Positions 1 through 13,147 of a stretch of DNA of 64,000 nt are shown one piece after another (position 1 is the first letter of the stretch; each line of letters starts with the position of its first letter). A program made the translations under genes and the position numbers. Origin of the DNA: Balanoglossus misakiensis (lineage: Eukaryota; Animalia; Hemichordata); contig CM082594.2 in assembly GCA_040954595.2 (NCBI GenBank), positions 7,509,573 through 7,573,572 on the forward strand, read 5' to 3'. The notes under the pieces were generated by a model that worked only from the letters and a program-made list of their open reading frames with translations, had not been told where the DNA came from and did no database searches.

Positions 1-81
1 CACTATTACTACACCGAGCTACACTGCATCGCAATCACTTATGCAAAAAATAACGTTGCCATTTTTCTTCTTTGTTCTCAG

Positions 82-485
82 GCCACCCCCACGTACCAAT
101 CATTGTCTACATTGCCTGATAAGTATCATTTTCTGGCCGTGGTTCTTCGTCTGGTGTGCTCTGGTAAGTGCGTGTGTCACTTTCACAACTGGGGCACTTA
201 CAGCCAATCAACGGTTTGCTCGGAATCCACTGTTTGAGCAATGCCAGTCCCCATATTTCTATTTTATATGAAAGTTTGATGTTTGATTTTTTTTCTGACA
301 TATCACAAGCTTATGACGACCCTGGACACATGTAGGCCCAGTATAAAGGCTAATATTTTTAAGTCGATTTTTGCTTATTCATATTATATTCAGTAGTTAG
401 TAATATTGGCCATTTTTCTTTTCTACAGTGCGTAATGGAGAGCAGGGAATTGGACAGATACAATGCTAGGCAACGCGAATACTAA
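82..485 (+). CDS. 3' end (last two coding exons, 82-163 and 429-485) of a small Cys-rich membrane protein; 5' part lies outside the window
   Basis: Polypyrimidine-cag acceptor before 82, donor ctg|gtaagt at 163/164, acceptor ttctacag before 429. The spliced frame reads PPPRTNHCLHCLISIIFWPWFFVWCAL|CVMESRELDRYNARQREY* (TAA 483-485). Confidence 0.6.
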
Positions 486-1359
486 GAGAAGCCAAGCGTT
501 TCGGAGAGACCGCTCAACTGACGCATCGATTTACAGCGGCAGACTTGAAACTGCAAGTCTGACGTCACACTTTGGCTCGTCTATAGATCACATCATAGAG
601 CTAAATCTAACCCGTGTGTAAATTATAACAATACGGAAATTATGTTAACTTTTGTAATTTTTCACTCGATAGAAACTACAAGTGGGTATTCTTATTCTTC
701 AATGCTGGGAACTCTTCTTTGCCACGGTCGCGAGTGTCACAACTTTTTTTCGGTATCGGGCAATAGGTGGCGCCGTTGCAGTTAGCCAAACGGCCCAAAT
801 GTACCGATTGGTGAGAACAAAAATGATAAAAATTCCTTCTTTGACCACCAATATTTGTAACTTTGACGGTATTGAACAGAGAAAAATACAAATTTCATGT
901 TACAGAAAACCAAAATGGAACGTGTCAAAATGAAATCACGCATTTTTCACAGGGACGAACGTCACACCATTTATAATAATCCCTGGTATGATTGTACATA
1001 CATAAGTACAAATTTAGAGTAGATTTTAGTATTTATAAGAGTATACAGTATTCAGATTACACATGAGATCTGCTTTCCTTCTTCACCAAATTGTACGTAC
1101 TTATAAGCAATGTAACTTGAATACAATTCCATCCACACAGCATAGAGACAATACATGTGTGTTACGAGTGACTTTTCTGTTTAAAAACCTGTATAATTAA
1201 AATTTTATGAGGGGATTAAAATGTCTATAAATATAAACTAATATAACAGTTTTGACTGAGTCGATTTCTGACAGATTGAAATACTAGTAAATCGAACATT
1301 TTGGTTAAAAGTATCGCATTTCGGGAAAAATAGGCGACGAGAATGTTCACAGGAACACT

Positions 1360-1434
1360 TCGGTCGGTAGAGGGCGCACCAAAGGGACGCCATTTTGCGA
1401 AGCGTGATCAACAAGGAAGACGTAGGCGGTGAGT
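1360..1434 (+). promoter_or_regulatory. Probable promoter and non-coding first exon of the RS cyclophilin gene
   Basis: CTCF-like TCGGTAGAGGGCGC (1364-1377) and YY1-type CGCCATTTT (~1388), followed by donor gcg|gtgagt at ~1428. An acceptor (ttttattcag, ~1978) lies just before the ATG at 1994. Confidence 0.45.
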
Positions 1435-1993
1435 ATTTTACTGTAAAACTGTTGTCATCTGTTTGTCACGACTTTTCGTAAAATGTCCACCCGCGTAAAC
1501 TCGACAGGACATCACAGTGATCAAGTGAGGTATCCGATCTTTCTCTCTAGTTACATGGTCACCGTCAAGATTGTCGACGGTGTGCTGGGCAGTTTCGATA
1601 CATTGTACAGTGTGTACACATTATCCCCACTCATTGATGCCATGCATGGCACTCTCTGGCCCTGAGATCATAATTATTCTATTGAAGCCAAACAAAAAAA
1701 AACACGAACATTTACACTCAGCAAGACATTCTCCGCCTTCCTGGCAATCCAATTCGTACGAGTAGCGTGTAAGGTTACGGACAATAGCATTTTATGGACA
1801 GTTGTAAATCTTGTACACTTGTTTGGCGTTGAAGTCTTCAGGACGAGTTCATTTGAGTAGGGGAGCTATAGCGTCCGGGAATGGTAACTTCCAATCAAGT
1901 TCAGCAGATCAGCTGCAGATTGAAATTTGATCATCTGTGAGAATTCTGTGTTGTTGACTTTGTTATCCTTTTATTCAGGTAGAGTGCTTGGCA

Positions 1994-4900
1994 ATGGCCA
2001 ACATGATAAGGCCACGGTGTTTCTTCGATGTCGAGCTCAACGGTATTCCCGGTAAGTTTCTAAGTGTGCAGTCAGGGATCTGAAATCTGTAGTTTATTGT
2101 CCTCATCTGGATGAATTCGCAAATGGCAAAGAGGTCATAATGGTGATATCTTGAAAGGATACACATATGGGGTTCACACAGGGATCATTAAGACGTTTCT
2201 GAAACGTCTCAGGTCAAATAATTTTCTAATTTTACTCAGTGTGAACCTGGTTTAATTCTTTTATCTTTCAGTTGGAAGGATTATCTTTGAGTTGTACGCG
2301 GACATATGCCCCAAGACGTGTGAGAATTTCAGGGCACTTTGTACAGGTAAGAAACAATGCAAGAGGTCTGATTTCTCACCTATGCTTAGAGATGAATATC
2401 TGTACTCAGACAACTGAGCTAAAACATCCCCTTACATCTAAGAGATTTATTATTATTTATTACAGGAGAAAAAGGCATTGGAAAGACAACAGAAAAGCAC
2501 CTGTACTACAAAGACAGCCCGTTTCATCGTATCGTCAAAGATTTCATGATTCAAGGGGGAGATTTTACAGCAGGTGAGTAATTTTTATTCACGTTCTTGA
2601 TTTATGTCACGCAAAAAACTTTAGTGTTGTTATTTGCTAGAAGTGAAAATTACGAACTTCTGACCATAAAAACTGTTCATATGTGTGAGTCAAAATCACA
2701 ATGAAAATTTTGATTCATATTCAGGTACATGTAGATAGGTTGTGTATGATTTATCTGCTAACCATTTTGTGTGTATTTCACTCCTGCAGGGAATGGTACT
2801 GGAGGAGAGTCTGTTTATGGAGGCATGTTTAAAGGTAAAAAGAGGGTTTAGGTGGTGGAGATGGTAAACTCTTCAAGCTTTGAGCACAGGGTTAGAATGG
2901 TGTTTTGATTACAACATGCTTCGTTGAAAGAGCGTTTTGTTTTACAAGTTAGTCATTTTCTTGCAGATGAAAACTTCATCTTGAAACATGACCAGGAGTT
3001 CCTCCTATCGATGGCCAACTGCGGGAAAGATAGTAATGGGTCTCAGTTCTTCATGTAAGTACTGTTGAATTGTGTCAGTTTTATGGACGTATGTATATGC
3101 GTGTGGTTGAGTTGTGTGAAAAAAATGCATTGGAACTGCCATATGGACAAACACAAAGCAAAGGAGGGATGGATTACTGAACCGAGTTTTAAATCATCGA
3201 CCGTGAAATTTTCTGAAAGGTCACTAGCTAATAAAGTGTGACACGTATGTGTGTGCGGGGGTGTTGTACACTCATCGAATTTATAATCTGGCTGATTCCT
3301 TGTTGTATTTCATTGGAAAACAGTATTTGAAAAAAATAGCAGGATCAGAACATATTGTATTGTGATAATCCTGAGAAGTGACTCAGTACGTTTTGTGGTT
3401 GCGGGGCTTTGCTGATTTTCATGTTTGCTTCTCTTTTGTGTTAATCATACTCTAACATTCATCACTGTATAATTTGCTTTTACTTTTCACTCGAAACATC
3501 AATGATAAAAAGATACTTTCGTTTCCAAAGGCAAGTCTGTATATATTTCAAGAGTGCCCCTCCCCCAATCAGTATAGAATGTGCCCTGAATATGCAGTTT
3601 TCCGGCATCAAGTTCATGAAGTTGAGGAGAAGTGGGGTGTACATTATTTTCAATGACTTTAAATGCTAAAGCGTCACCTAGGGGGTCTTGTACTAACCAC
3701 CTATGATAATGTACCTTTTTTGTGTCAGTTTTGTATGACCTTTTATCTTTTTGCCATTTGTATAAAATTATTTACAGAATTTCATGTACCCTTCCAGAAA
3801 GTTGAAGGTAATTGGTTCAAACCGTTATAGTGTCTAAGCCAGCACTCACACACCACGACAATTTTCCGTTGTTTTTTCTCTCTCTTTCATTCATCCCACA
3901 AGTTGTCTTCCTGTGGGTTTGTCTCATGTTTAAATATTTCCTGTTTATCCCGCCATAGTAGTTTAGTTTCTACAAACAACAACAACAACATAGTAAAAGA
4001 ACCAAAAACATCACCATAATATTCCCAAATGTTGTCAAACTTGTCACAGGAAAAGTAGAACTGTAGTAGACAGCACTGCAATGGCTGATGATTCTGTCCA
4101 AAAATTATTCACGGCTTTTACAAGCAAAGGGATAATCTGCCTTAAAGTATACAGTCTGTGGATAGTACATGTACTTTGATTCCAAGCGGTCACGTGTTGC
4201 TGTTTTTCTTGTGTTGTGCTTTTTGGAGATGGTCACTGACTCGTCGATGTTGTTGTTTATCTTTCATGTGCCGTCTCGCCTTAGAACTACAAAACCTGCT
4301 CCGCATCTTGATGGGTAAGTGGCTGTTCCTCTCTACATCTCTGATACCGCACACGGTCAATTGGCAGAAAGACTGTTCTTTCAGTGCTTAGTCAACACTG
4401 TTCATCATTTCATGGGACTCGTCTGATAACATCTTTGTCTTTCTTCTGACCAGAGTACATGTGGTGTTTGGCCACGCCATCGAAGGACTGCAGTTGATCC
4501 GAGATATTGAAGCTCAGAAAACGGACGCCAACAGTAGGCCGTATGCCGATATCAGAATTGCCAACTGTGGCGAGCTGGTCTTGAAGAAGAAACCCAAAGG
4601 TTGGAAAAATTCTTTCAAGTCATTCCCTCCATCTCCATTTTCGTTCGTACCCCGTGTCTAACACTTGGGTCCTTTTGAAATTTGGGATCGGAAGTCAGTT
4701 TTTGAGAAATATTCTCCGTTTGCAGCTAAGAAGAGAAAAGCCAGTAGTTCTGTGTCTGAGAGCGAGTCTAGCGACTCCAGTGACACGGACTCGTCAGATG
4801 ATTCTGACAGTGAGAGTGACAGTGATAGTAGTGAGAGCTCGGACAGCGAGAAAGAAAGGAGGAAGAGAAAGGCCCGAAAGAAAGAGGCCAAGCGACGTAA

Positions 4901-7900
4901 GAAAGAAAAAAAGAAGAAGAAAAACAAGAAGAAAGAGATAAATGGAAGGTTAGTACAGATTGGGTATGTGGCTGATCATTTGTCGAAGGTGGAAGGTTTC
5001 ATAACTCACAGTCAAATGCTTTTGCGGTGCCATCCAACATGGCTGACTGGGCAGCCATTTTGTTTTTACATAGCCACAACCATAGGCTCTAGGAATTTGT
5101 CCAGAGCATGTGTTCCATTGGTTCTTGCCTTGTATCTCCGCAGTGGGGCTGAAGAGAAGGCACGTGAGCCGCAGTACATGTGCACAATTGACCCAGAGGA
5201 GATTCCGTCGGTGCCGGACAATAGATTCCTGATGAGGAAAGACCCGACCAAGCAGAAGGAAGATAAGAGGTTGGTATTGAGCTGTGAGAGTGCGTTGTCA
5301 CGGAAATAAATCCATGTATCATTTAGTTCAATGTCCACCTCTCTTGAGATCCTAAGGCTTAATCCCCTGCTTGCGAATAGTGTTGCTTAGTTACCACGCT
5401 TAACTTTCTCTGTATTCATCACATTGCAGTGAGAATGTGAGATCTCCACCGTCCTATGGCAGGGCAAGACAGATTTATTCAGTGCCCTATCACCGAAGAC
5501 AAGCCATGTCGAAATCCGGGAGAGTAATCAAAGGAAGGGGAACTGTTGTAAGTACAATTCTGGCATCTGTCAACAGTGTAACTTTTTACAAGGTTTGTCT
5601 ACAGTGAGAGTCTTGACGTAAACTGGCTGAACGCACTTTGGTAAAATTATCTAAAACTCTTACCCCCCACAGAGGTACCATTCACCGACAGGGTCAAGGT
5701 CAAGGAGTGAGACCCCTCCTCATTGGAAAGAGGAACAGCTGAGGTCACGACCTTTCAAAGAATTGGAACAAGGGCGGAAAACCAAGTCACCTGATCGGTG
5801 GCAGAGGGGGCGCTCACCTGGAGATCTGACAGCGGGAAAAAAGTAAGATACTTTCTGCCAATTTGTTTTTGTACATTTACAAGAATTAATACTCTGTAAT
5901 TACTTGACTTGTCTTTTCCTCCAGTGTATTAATTAAAACTGCACTTGCTTGTTTTAGTGTCAATTTGTTGCGTGAGATAATATTTTTTCTCTTTATGTAT
6001 CCTTGCTTTATTGCAATTGTTGGGCAGAGAAATACTGTCATATTTTTTGTAGGCATATTTTGTTCCTACAGATATATAACGTCTAAGGTAGGTGACATCT
6101 TGGTAAGTTGCCATTTTGGTAAAGATATACAGTAGGTGACTTCTTTCAAGTTTTGTTCAAATTCTCGTACTGTTCTGTGTTTTTGTGGGGTCTTAGTGGG
6201 TAAGTCACTTGGCCAATCGTCTGTGTGTGGTTTATGTGGTAGTACAACAACACTATGGTGTGGCAACATCTGAATCCTGAATCTCAACTTTGTTTTGCAA
6301 CTGCAGGAAAGGTGGATGGGGCTGGGAGGAGAAAGATGTGGAGCATGATGATGATCGGGATGCGAAAAGACACTCAAAGGACGAGAAGAGACGCCGTGAA
6401 CACAAGAAGCATAAAAAAGAGAAACACAGATCCAGGTACTGGTGTAGATTATTATACATGTGTCTTATCAACAGAAGCACCCGTGCCGTGTTGCCAGGCC
6501 TAGGGTTCTGTTATATGGTCATAGGAATCACATTTAACTCCAGTGTTGAAACGTGTCATTCTCATCCGCAGATCAAAACACAAGAAAAGCCGGAAGCACA
6601 AGAAGGATTCCAAGAAACACAAGAAGCGGCATTGGAGCTCTGATGAAGAAGAAGAAGACTCCACGTCTCGATCAGCCAATGAGATGAGTGGTTCTTCACC
6701 GTCGGTTTCTGTCAAAGAGGTTGTCATCTCTTTGCAGCAGGGGAAAAAGTGAGTAGCCAATTAACTGGAGGGGGGGGGGGGTCACCCTGCCTGTTCCTAC
6801 CGTATGTCTAAATGAAATCATACATGCTCTGTGTTTCGTCTATAACTAAACTGTGTGTCGTTATTTTTTTTATTCCTTTGTTCTGAAGACAACAGGATAG
6901 GTCTGATGATAGTCCACCACCAACTCACTGGAAACCGGGGCAAAAACCGTGGAAACCGAAACAGTCCGAAAATGAGGATTTGAGAGGGTAGGTAGAGGTA
7001 GGGAGTTAGGACACTGCCGAGATACGTGAATATTCAATATTGATAAGTGAATATTGATCTACTTCACAATTTACTCAGGATACAGTGTGTATTGCAAGCT
7101 TTTTTGTTCAATTGATATTTGGTATCTGAAGATGTTTGTACTTGTACAATTTGCAACCACGTGTAATTCATTCTTTAATAACATTTTTACTCAGGGATGA
7201 TCGTACTTTGACAAGAGAGACAACAGACAATGGTGACCACAGAAAACCGAGAAGTAGAAGTCGATCTTCATCCTCGGAGCGTTCAAGGCAGCAGAGCAGA
7301 AGCCCAGTCAGGGAGCGGTCTCCGGGGGCTAGGGAAGCCTCTCCCCAACGCATCCAGAGCAGCAGATCCCCGGTCAGGCACCTGCCTCAGAAGCACCGGC
7401 TGAACGCCAGCTCTCCGGAGAGAAGCAGCCCAGGGAGGCGGCGGGCGTCGACCACGAGCGACAGCGACTCGGGAAGCGAGAGTGAGAGCTCTTCCAGCGG
7501 CGGCTCCAAGGAGAGGGCGGCCAAGGCGGCAGATCGGAATAGGAGGAGCAAGGAAAGGTTCAAGTGGGAGCCTCCGGAAGAGGAGGAGGATTCGGAAGCC
7601 GAGCGAAGAGCGAGAATCGAGGAAGAGGAAGAGTACTTGTACGGAGGCAGGGGTGGAGTTGACCCCAGAACCAGGATGAGACAACCGAACATCAAAGACT
7701 GGAGCAAGGTCACTTCAGAAGCCATGCAAAGGAAAATACGGCAAGCGGTCGGCGAGAGGCAGGATCCACAGGAGGGTTATCACGCGACAAGCGATGGCTT
7801 AATCCGCGGGGACGGGAGAAGAGATTCCAGGGAAAGCGGTCACGTTGTTGTTGTTGGCGCAGTCGCTGGGCAATCCAGGAGCGTGGTTCGAGAAGTGCCT

Positions 7901-10850
7901 AAGCAGCTGACAGGGGATAGGCGACAGGGCGGTGAATCTGCTCACCGTGAAGGGCTGCACGCGACTGGTCCAAAACACGAGTTCGAACGCGAGAGACGAG
8001 GCGGAGACGCTGTAAACCTCGGCAACATCCGCAGCAAAGTTGACGGTATTCACGGGCTGGGTCTCCGAGCTACTCAGGGTGGTCATTCGCCAACCAAAAC
8101 AGAGAGAAGAGAGCCGGATTCAAAGACGCAGACTTCCCTGGGAATCAAGTGGCGGACGCTCGTGCCCGCGCAGGAGTCTCGGGTGGAGAGAGTGGCCACA
8201 TCTTTGGAGAGGCTGTCCTCCGAAAAGGGCGAGAGAATTCCGGAGAAGATGATGAGTAGGCAGTCACCGAGGAGGGAGCTGGGGGCGGCGGTGGTATCTC
8301 CAAGTAAAGTACTAGCAAGACAGGGGAACCAGGCAAAAGGGTCAAAGGTCAGGAGGCGATCTGCGTCAGGAACTCGAACCGACAGCTCCGAGGACAGCAG
8401 GGATAGTCGCAGTCGCAGCAGAAGTCCAGCTCGTAGAAGGAATGCCCGAAGCCGCCAGGATCACCGGCAACCGAGAGGCGCCGGACGTAGCGGTCGTCGA
8501 AGCCGCAGTCGCAGCCCTGCGTCTCGTTCACGAAGCAGGAGCCCCAAGTCGCGCGGCCGCCGTCATCGTCACCGCCCCCGACACGGAAGGAGGCGACGCA
8601 GCCGCTCTGAAAGCTCCGCCAGTAGTCGCAGCAGGAGCAGATCGGCGAGTTCCGACAGATATGGTAGCAGACACAGGGGAGCTCGATCTCGATACAGCAG
8701 AAGCCCAGACAGATCACCCAGGAGAAGGTGAGTATTAGTGTTTCAAGATTACTGCCTGCAAACTTCTACCTGCCTTTGAACTTACACATGACCACTATGA
8801 AATGCTGTATACAGTTTAGTCGGCATCTGTAGGAATTTTTCATGTGTACTTTATCCTCTATAACAGGTCAAGGTCATACAGCCGAAGTCCAAGGAGGAGG
8901 TCATACGACCGTAGTCGGAGCAGAGATCGCAGAACCAGGTAAGGTGACGACTACATCTATGACTGGGGTTTGAAGTGTGCCCTCAAGTGTTCAATTTGAA
9001 CTGTTCTTTGAGGCACAAACTTGTGATTTTGATGGAGAATGGGCCACATATCAGATACACATACTCATGATGTACACATTTCTTTTCTTTTCAGGAGGAG
9101 AAGTCGTAGCAGGAGCTACGAGAGACGACGTCGGTCCAGGTCATATGACCGATACAGCCCGCGAAGGAGCAGATCACGGTCCTACAGCAGGTCCCGTAGC
9201 AGAGACAGAAGGTACGATGGAATTCATGTTAAATTTGTGTGTGTTGTGTCAGTGCATCAACATAAGCAGTGGATAACCAAAATTTGCATGAGACCAAAAT
9301 TTGTTTGAAGGTGAAAAATTTCCCTCCATCTTTTCAATACACTGGCTGCACATTGAACTGTGAATTTCTGTGAAGTGTGTGCATTTCTGTCTTTGATATC
9401 AGGTCTCTTGTTTTTGTCTTTTTGTGTAAGTTGGTGATACGAAGTGTAAGTTCTCAAGATTTTGACGATGTATATTTCTGCATTTTTTTGTCATTTTGTA
9501 TTTTAGCTAACTACACAAGATTTCAGAGGTGAGCATGCATTACACATTAGACACAAAACATACCCTTCCCTCTGGTGTCAGTCTCAAAACTGGTATTTGT
9601 TGGATGGACATGAAACTATCGTACATACATTTTTAGAACAATTGTATTTGACCACACCACATACTCCTTAGAACCACAACTGAAATCCCAGACTCTAGAC
9701 ATAGAAGCAAACATAAGTTCTCAATGACTTAGTTGCACATTGCACATACGTTGAAGTAGTATTTAGAAAATGTACCATGAGTTCCGAATGGACACATTTC
9801 TGTGAATTTGCGGTCATGTGACTTTTGTTGCTGGAGGTCAGCACAACCACAACACAATATGGTTGAAAGACTACGGTACATTCTGCAAGTTGAATACACA
9901 TGGATTGGCCCTAGATGTGAAGCCATAATGAGCTCCATTTTACAAAAAAATTAGCATCTACATGTACCCCAACGAAACTTTAAATGATATGTAATGGAAG
10001 TATAGTGGACGTATTTGATTGGTTGCTGTATTATGGCAAGGGGAAACGCTTACCTTTGGATATGCACTCAATGCTGATCTGTCTTTTACTACAGTTCTGG
10101 ATGTAAATGTTGGTGCTATGTATGCACATATTTAGTCATGTGCAAGGCGTCTCTCAACCTCTGTAAGGTTGAGATCACAATGTCTGCAATACAGCAGTGG
10201 GGTACATTTCCAAGTGTACTGACTTTGGTGTACTGTCAATTATAAACACAACACTTAGTCTTGTAAACGTTTCTAACTCAAAACTGGCACCAATGCCCCC
10301 ATACCCATGTTAGTGTAAACCTCATGATTCTGAACTGCAAATTAAGGTGACTGTTCAGGAATTTTTTAAGCCATTCCATTCAGAACCAATCACAATTTGT
10401 TTGTCTCATCAAAAACTATGTATCAATCATCTAATTCTAACCTGAACATAGAGTAATCTTCATTCCTAACCCTTTTATTCTCTTCTTTTCACATAGAGGC
10501 TGACTTTTGATCTCAAAGTCACTTTATGCCCGCACCCGTCATTTAATTTCTACACCAATGTTTAAGATCATTCGTGTTGAAGTTTGATGTTCATGTCGTT
10601 TTGTGTTTATTTATTTCTAAGGTATTCCTCGGACGAGCGATACAAGTCGTCGGCCTCCAATAGACGCAGGAGACGCGGGAGGTACACGTCTAGCTCCCGA
10701 TCCAGAAGTGGCAGCAGGGGGAGGAGGTACTACCGCTCCACCAGTCGATCATCAAGTCGCTCTCCACCACCGCCCCGTCGCCGTCGCAGGAGCCGTTCTC
10801 GCAGCAGCAGCTATTCCGACAGATCGTCGTCTCGTAGTTACAAGTACTAG
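1994..10850 (+). CDS. Nuclear RS-domain cyclophilin (peptidyl-prolyl isomerase), NKTR/PPIG (Moca-cyp) family, multi-exon
   Basis: Spliced exons give [79 protein letters not shown]|[10 protein letters not shown]|VHVVFG (cyclophilin domain). These are followed by a Ser/Asp- and Lys-rich tract and the family motifs [37 protein letters not shown] and [10 protein letters not shown], then long RS repeats. Stop at 10848-10850. Likely co-ortholog of NKTR and PPIG. Confidence 0.93.
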
Positions 10851-11445
10851 ACACACCTATCATACTCTGGCTACAGTACTTCACGCGTACATAGTTACAC
10901 CTGTTTTTTTCTAAACAGAATTTTTTTATCTGATTATGGGCTTAATTCTAAGAAAACTAGCAGTTTTCGCGGTGACTGGTTGGAGCTTCGGGTTGCTTTC
11001 GAATCCATTTGATGGAGAATTTCCCCAACTCTGTATTATGTGTTGTTATTTTTTTTCTTCAGAAGATGCAATCATTAAAATTCTGCCATTTGAAACAAAG
11101 ACGTGCTTGCCTGATGTTTTTAATTGCTTTGTATGTTACGAGTGACCTACTGTGTGGTATTTGATGGAATGCCTACATCAGTGATTAGACAGTGTTGTGT
11201 GTTCTGCTGTTTATTCGAATCTCGGGTTTCACCCAATGGAAAGACATTTCTGCAAACGTATAAAACTGATAAATTCCCGGGGGTGTCACTCTCGAGTAAA
11301 ACAGGTATCCATGCTTGTTCCTCAAACTTTCATGACACAACAAACCTTTCATATCCATGATTTTGGCAACACACACGCACACATTTCGCCTGAGAGCGGC
11401 ACCACCAGAGATGAACTACAAAGCTGAAAACAACATTTCACGTGA

Positions 11446-13147
11446 CTAAGTCTCCCCTTGTGTGTCTGTTTGTGGCTTGAGTCCTCGTATACTGAGATCG
11501 TAGACCACCTCCTCGACTTTTTTCATGTCGTACTTGAGGCCGTCGAAGCGCTTCCTGAGGGAGTCGTTTTTCAGATTGAGCAGCCGGAAACCCGAGTCCA
11601 GCTCCGCGACGAAGGTGGCGATTCTGGCCGGCCTGCTGTAGTCTCCGGCCGTGACACTGTTGACCGCCAGGCGAGACTGTGGAGGAGTGGAATTTGTTTG
11701 TTTGCTGACAGGAAGTGATGTCACAACAGATTTAGGGCTGTGGGTGTTCAACCACATTGTGATATCCAATCATCCCTCCTCTAAAAAAAATACATTTCTG
11801 CAGACAAATATGCTGGAGAAGTAGAATACGTCCCTCAGTATTAAATATGAAGTAAATTTCATGTACTCACCAACTCACTTGCCAGGTTCAACTGACCCAT
11901 CAGATAGTCTTCAAGATCAAGATAGATACCATCTCCACGATCAACTTTAACTGATATAAAAAATGGACAAATGTTATAACTTTGAGTTAGGTCTGAAATC
12001 CTGATTATTCAAAATCATATGATGTGTTATTTTCTTTTAATGTTTTTCATACAATTTGAGTTACATTGAATGGTTTTTATCTTTTTCCTGATAATCTCAC
12101 CTCCTATCATGTCGGCCATTTCTTCGCGTGTGATAAATTTCTCTGTTTCAAGATAAACTGTCAGAGCCGAGAGACACGCCAATCTCTGTGTGACAAACCT
12201 CCAATGATCATTGAATCTGGGAAGGCAAAAAAAAAATGTATTTATAACATAACAAATGTATTGCACATTATAGTCTTCTGTGACATAAATCTCAGTCAAC
12301 ACTAGAAGGTACATCACACTCAAGATTCTGTGATCTTGCTTTGTCTCACCTGTAGTATTGACTTGCGGGAAATTTGGTGGAGAGTTCTGCGTACTGTACT
12401 TTGACGCTCTCGAAGAGTTCACGTGACTTCTTGCAAAGGGACGGAACTGTATCAGAATAAATAAATAAACATCAATTAGTATAAACATCAATTAGTATAC
12501 CAGAGAAGTTAATGTAGGTATTGGAAATCACACTAACTATACTTTGGTGAACATTTTCCTCAAGACTCATTCAGAATGATAGTGACCTTCTTTGATTCCT
12601 GTTGGTTGGTGTACTCTTTGTAGAACTGCAAGGATTTCCCTAGCCGTCTGCTCCAGTGTTTTCACTGTTGTTCGAATCTCCTGATCACAAAAAAAAATGG
12701 AATAGAAATGTATATTATTGCTCACGAAGGGATGGTCTAAAAGGTAATTTTGTGTCTCTAGTTCAGAAGTGGGCCTGAGGGTCTGCACACTCCAGGCAAA
12801 ATGTATTACCCCCCCCCCCCCTAAACTGTTGGCCACAATTGCCCTGGCTTGTGTAGCAAAACCAAAATATATGCAGTTGCATACTGGTAGTACATGTATT
12901 ACAAAGATTTTCAAAGTTGTATAGAGTATTGGGATTGCTCACTCACTCTAATCACATATAATTATTATAATCCATGATTCCCTATCATGCATAAATCTGG
13001 CCCTTGTGGGTTGGCACATGGACACTACACATGGTCCATGCATTGGCAAATCCACAAGCGTCAACCAACAACACTTACCTCTCTTATTTCTTGATCTTGC
13101 GATAAGAATTCATTGAAAGATGAAAATATTTCAGCCGGAGTCGCCAT
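11446..13147 (-). CDS. TSN: Translin (C3PO subunit)
   Basis: Exon 1 reads MATPAEIFSSFNEFLSQDQEIRE|gtaagt. Internal exons read EIRTTVKTLEQTAREIL, RFNDHWRFVTQRL and YLDLEDYLMG. The last exon reads SRLAVNSVTAGDYSRP..FRLLNLKNDSLRKRFDGLKYDMKKVEEVVYDLSIRGL, the translin hallmark. Confidence 0.96.

Noticed and set aside
107-301. 64-aa minus-strand ORF
   Set aside because: It is antisense to the better-supported + strand exon with canonical splice sites.
676-960. CpG-richer intergenic stretch with short ORFs, possibly a transposon fragment
   Set aside because: No terminal repeats, target-site duplication or transposase similarity visible.
7168-8738. Multiple antisense and alternative-frame ORFs across the RS-rich exon
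   Set aside because: By-products of GC-rich RS-repeat codons in the cyclophilin gene.
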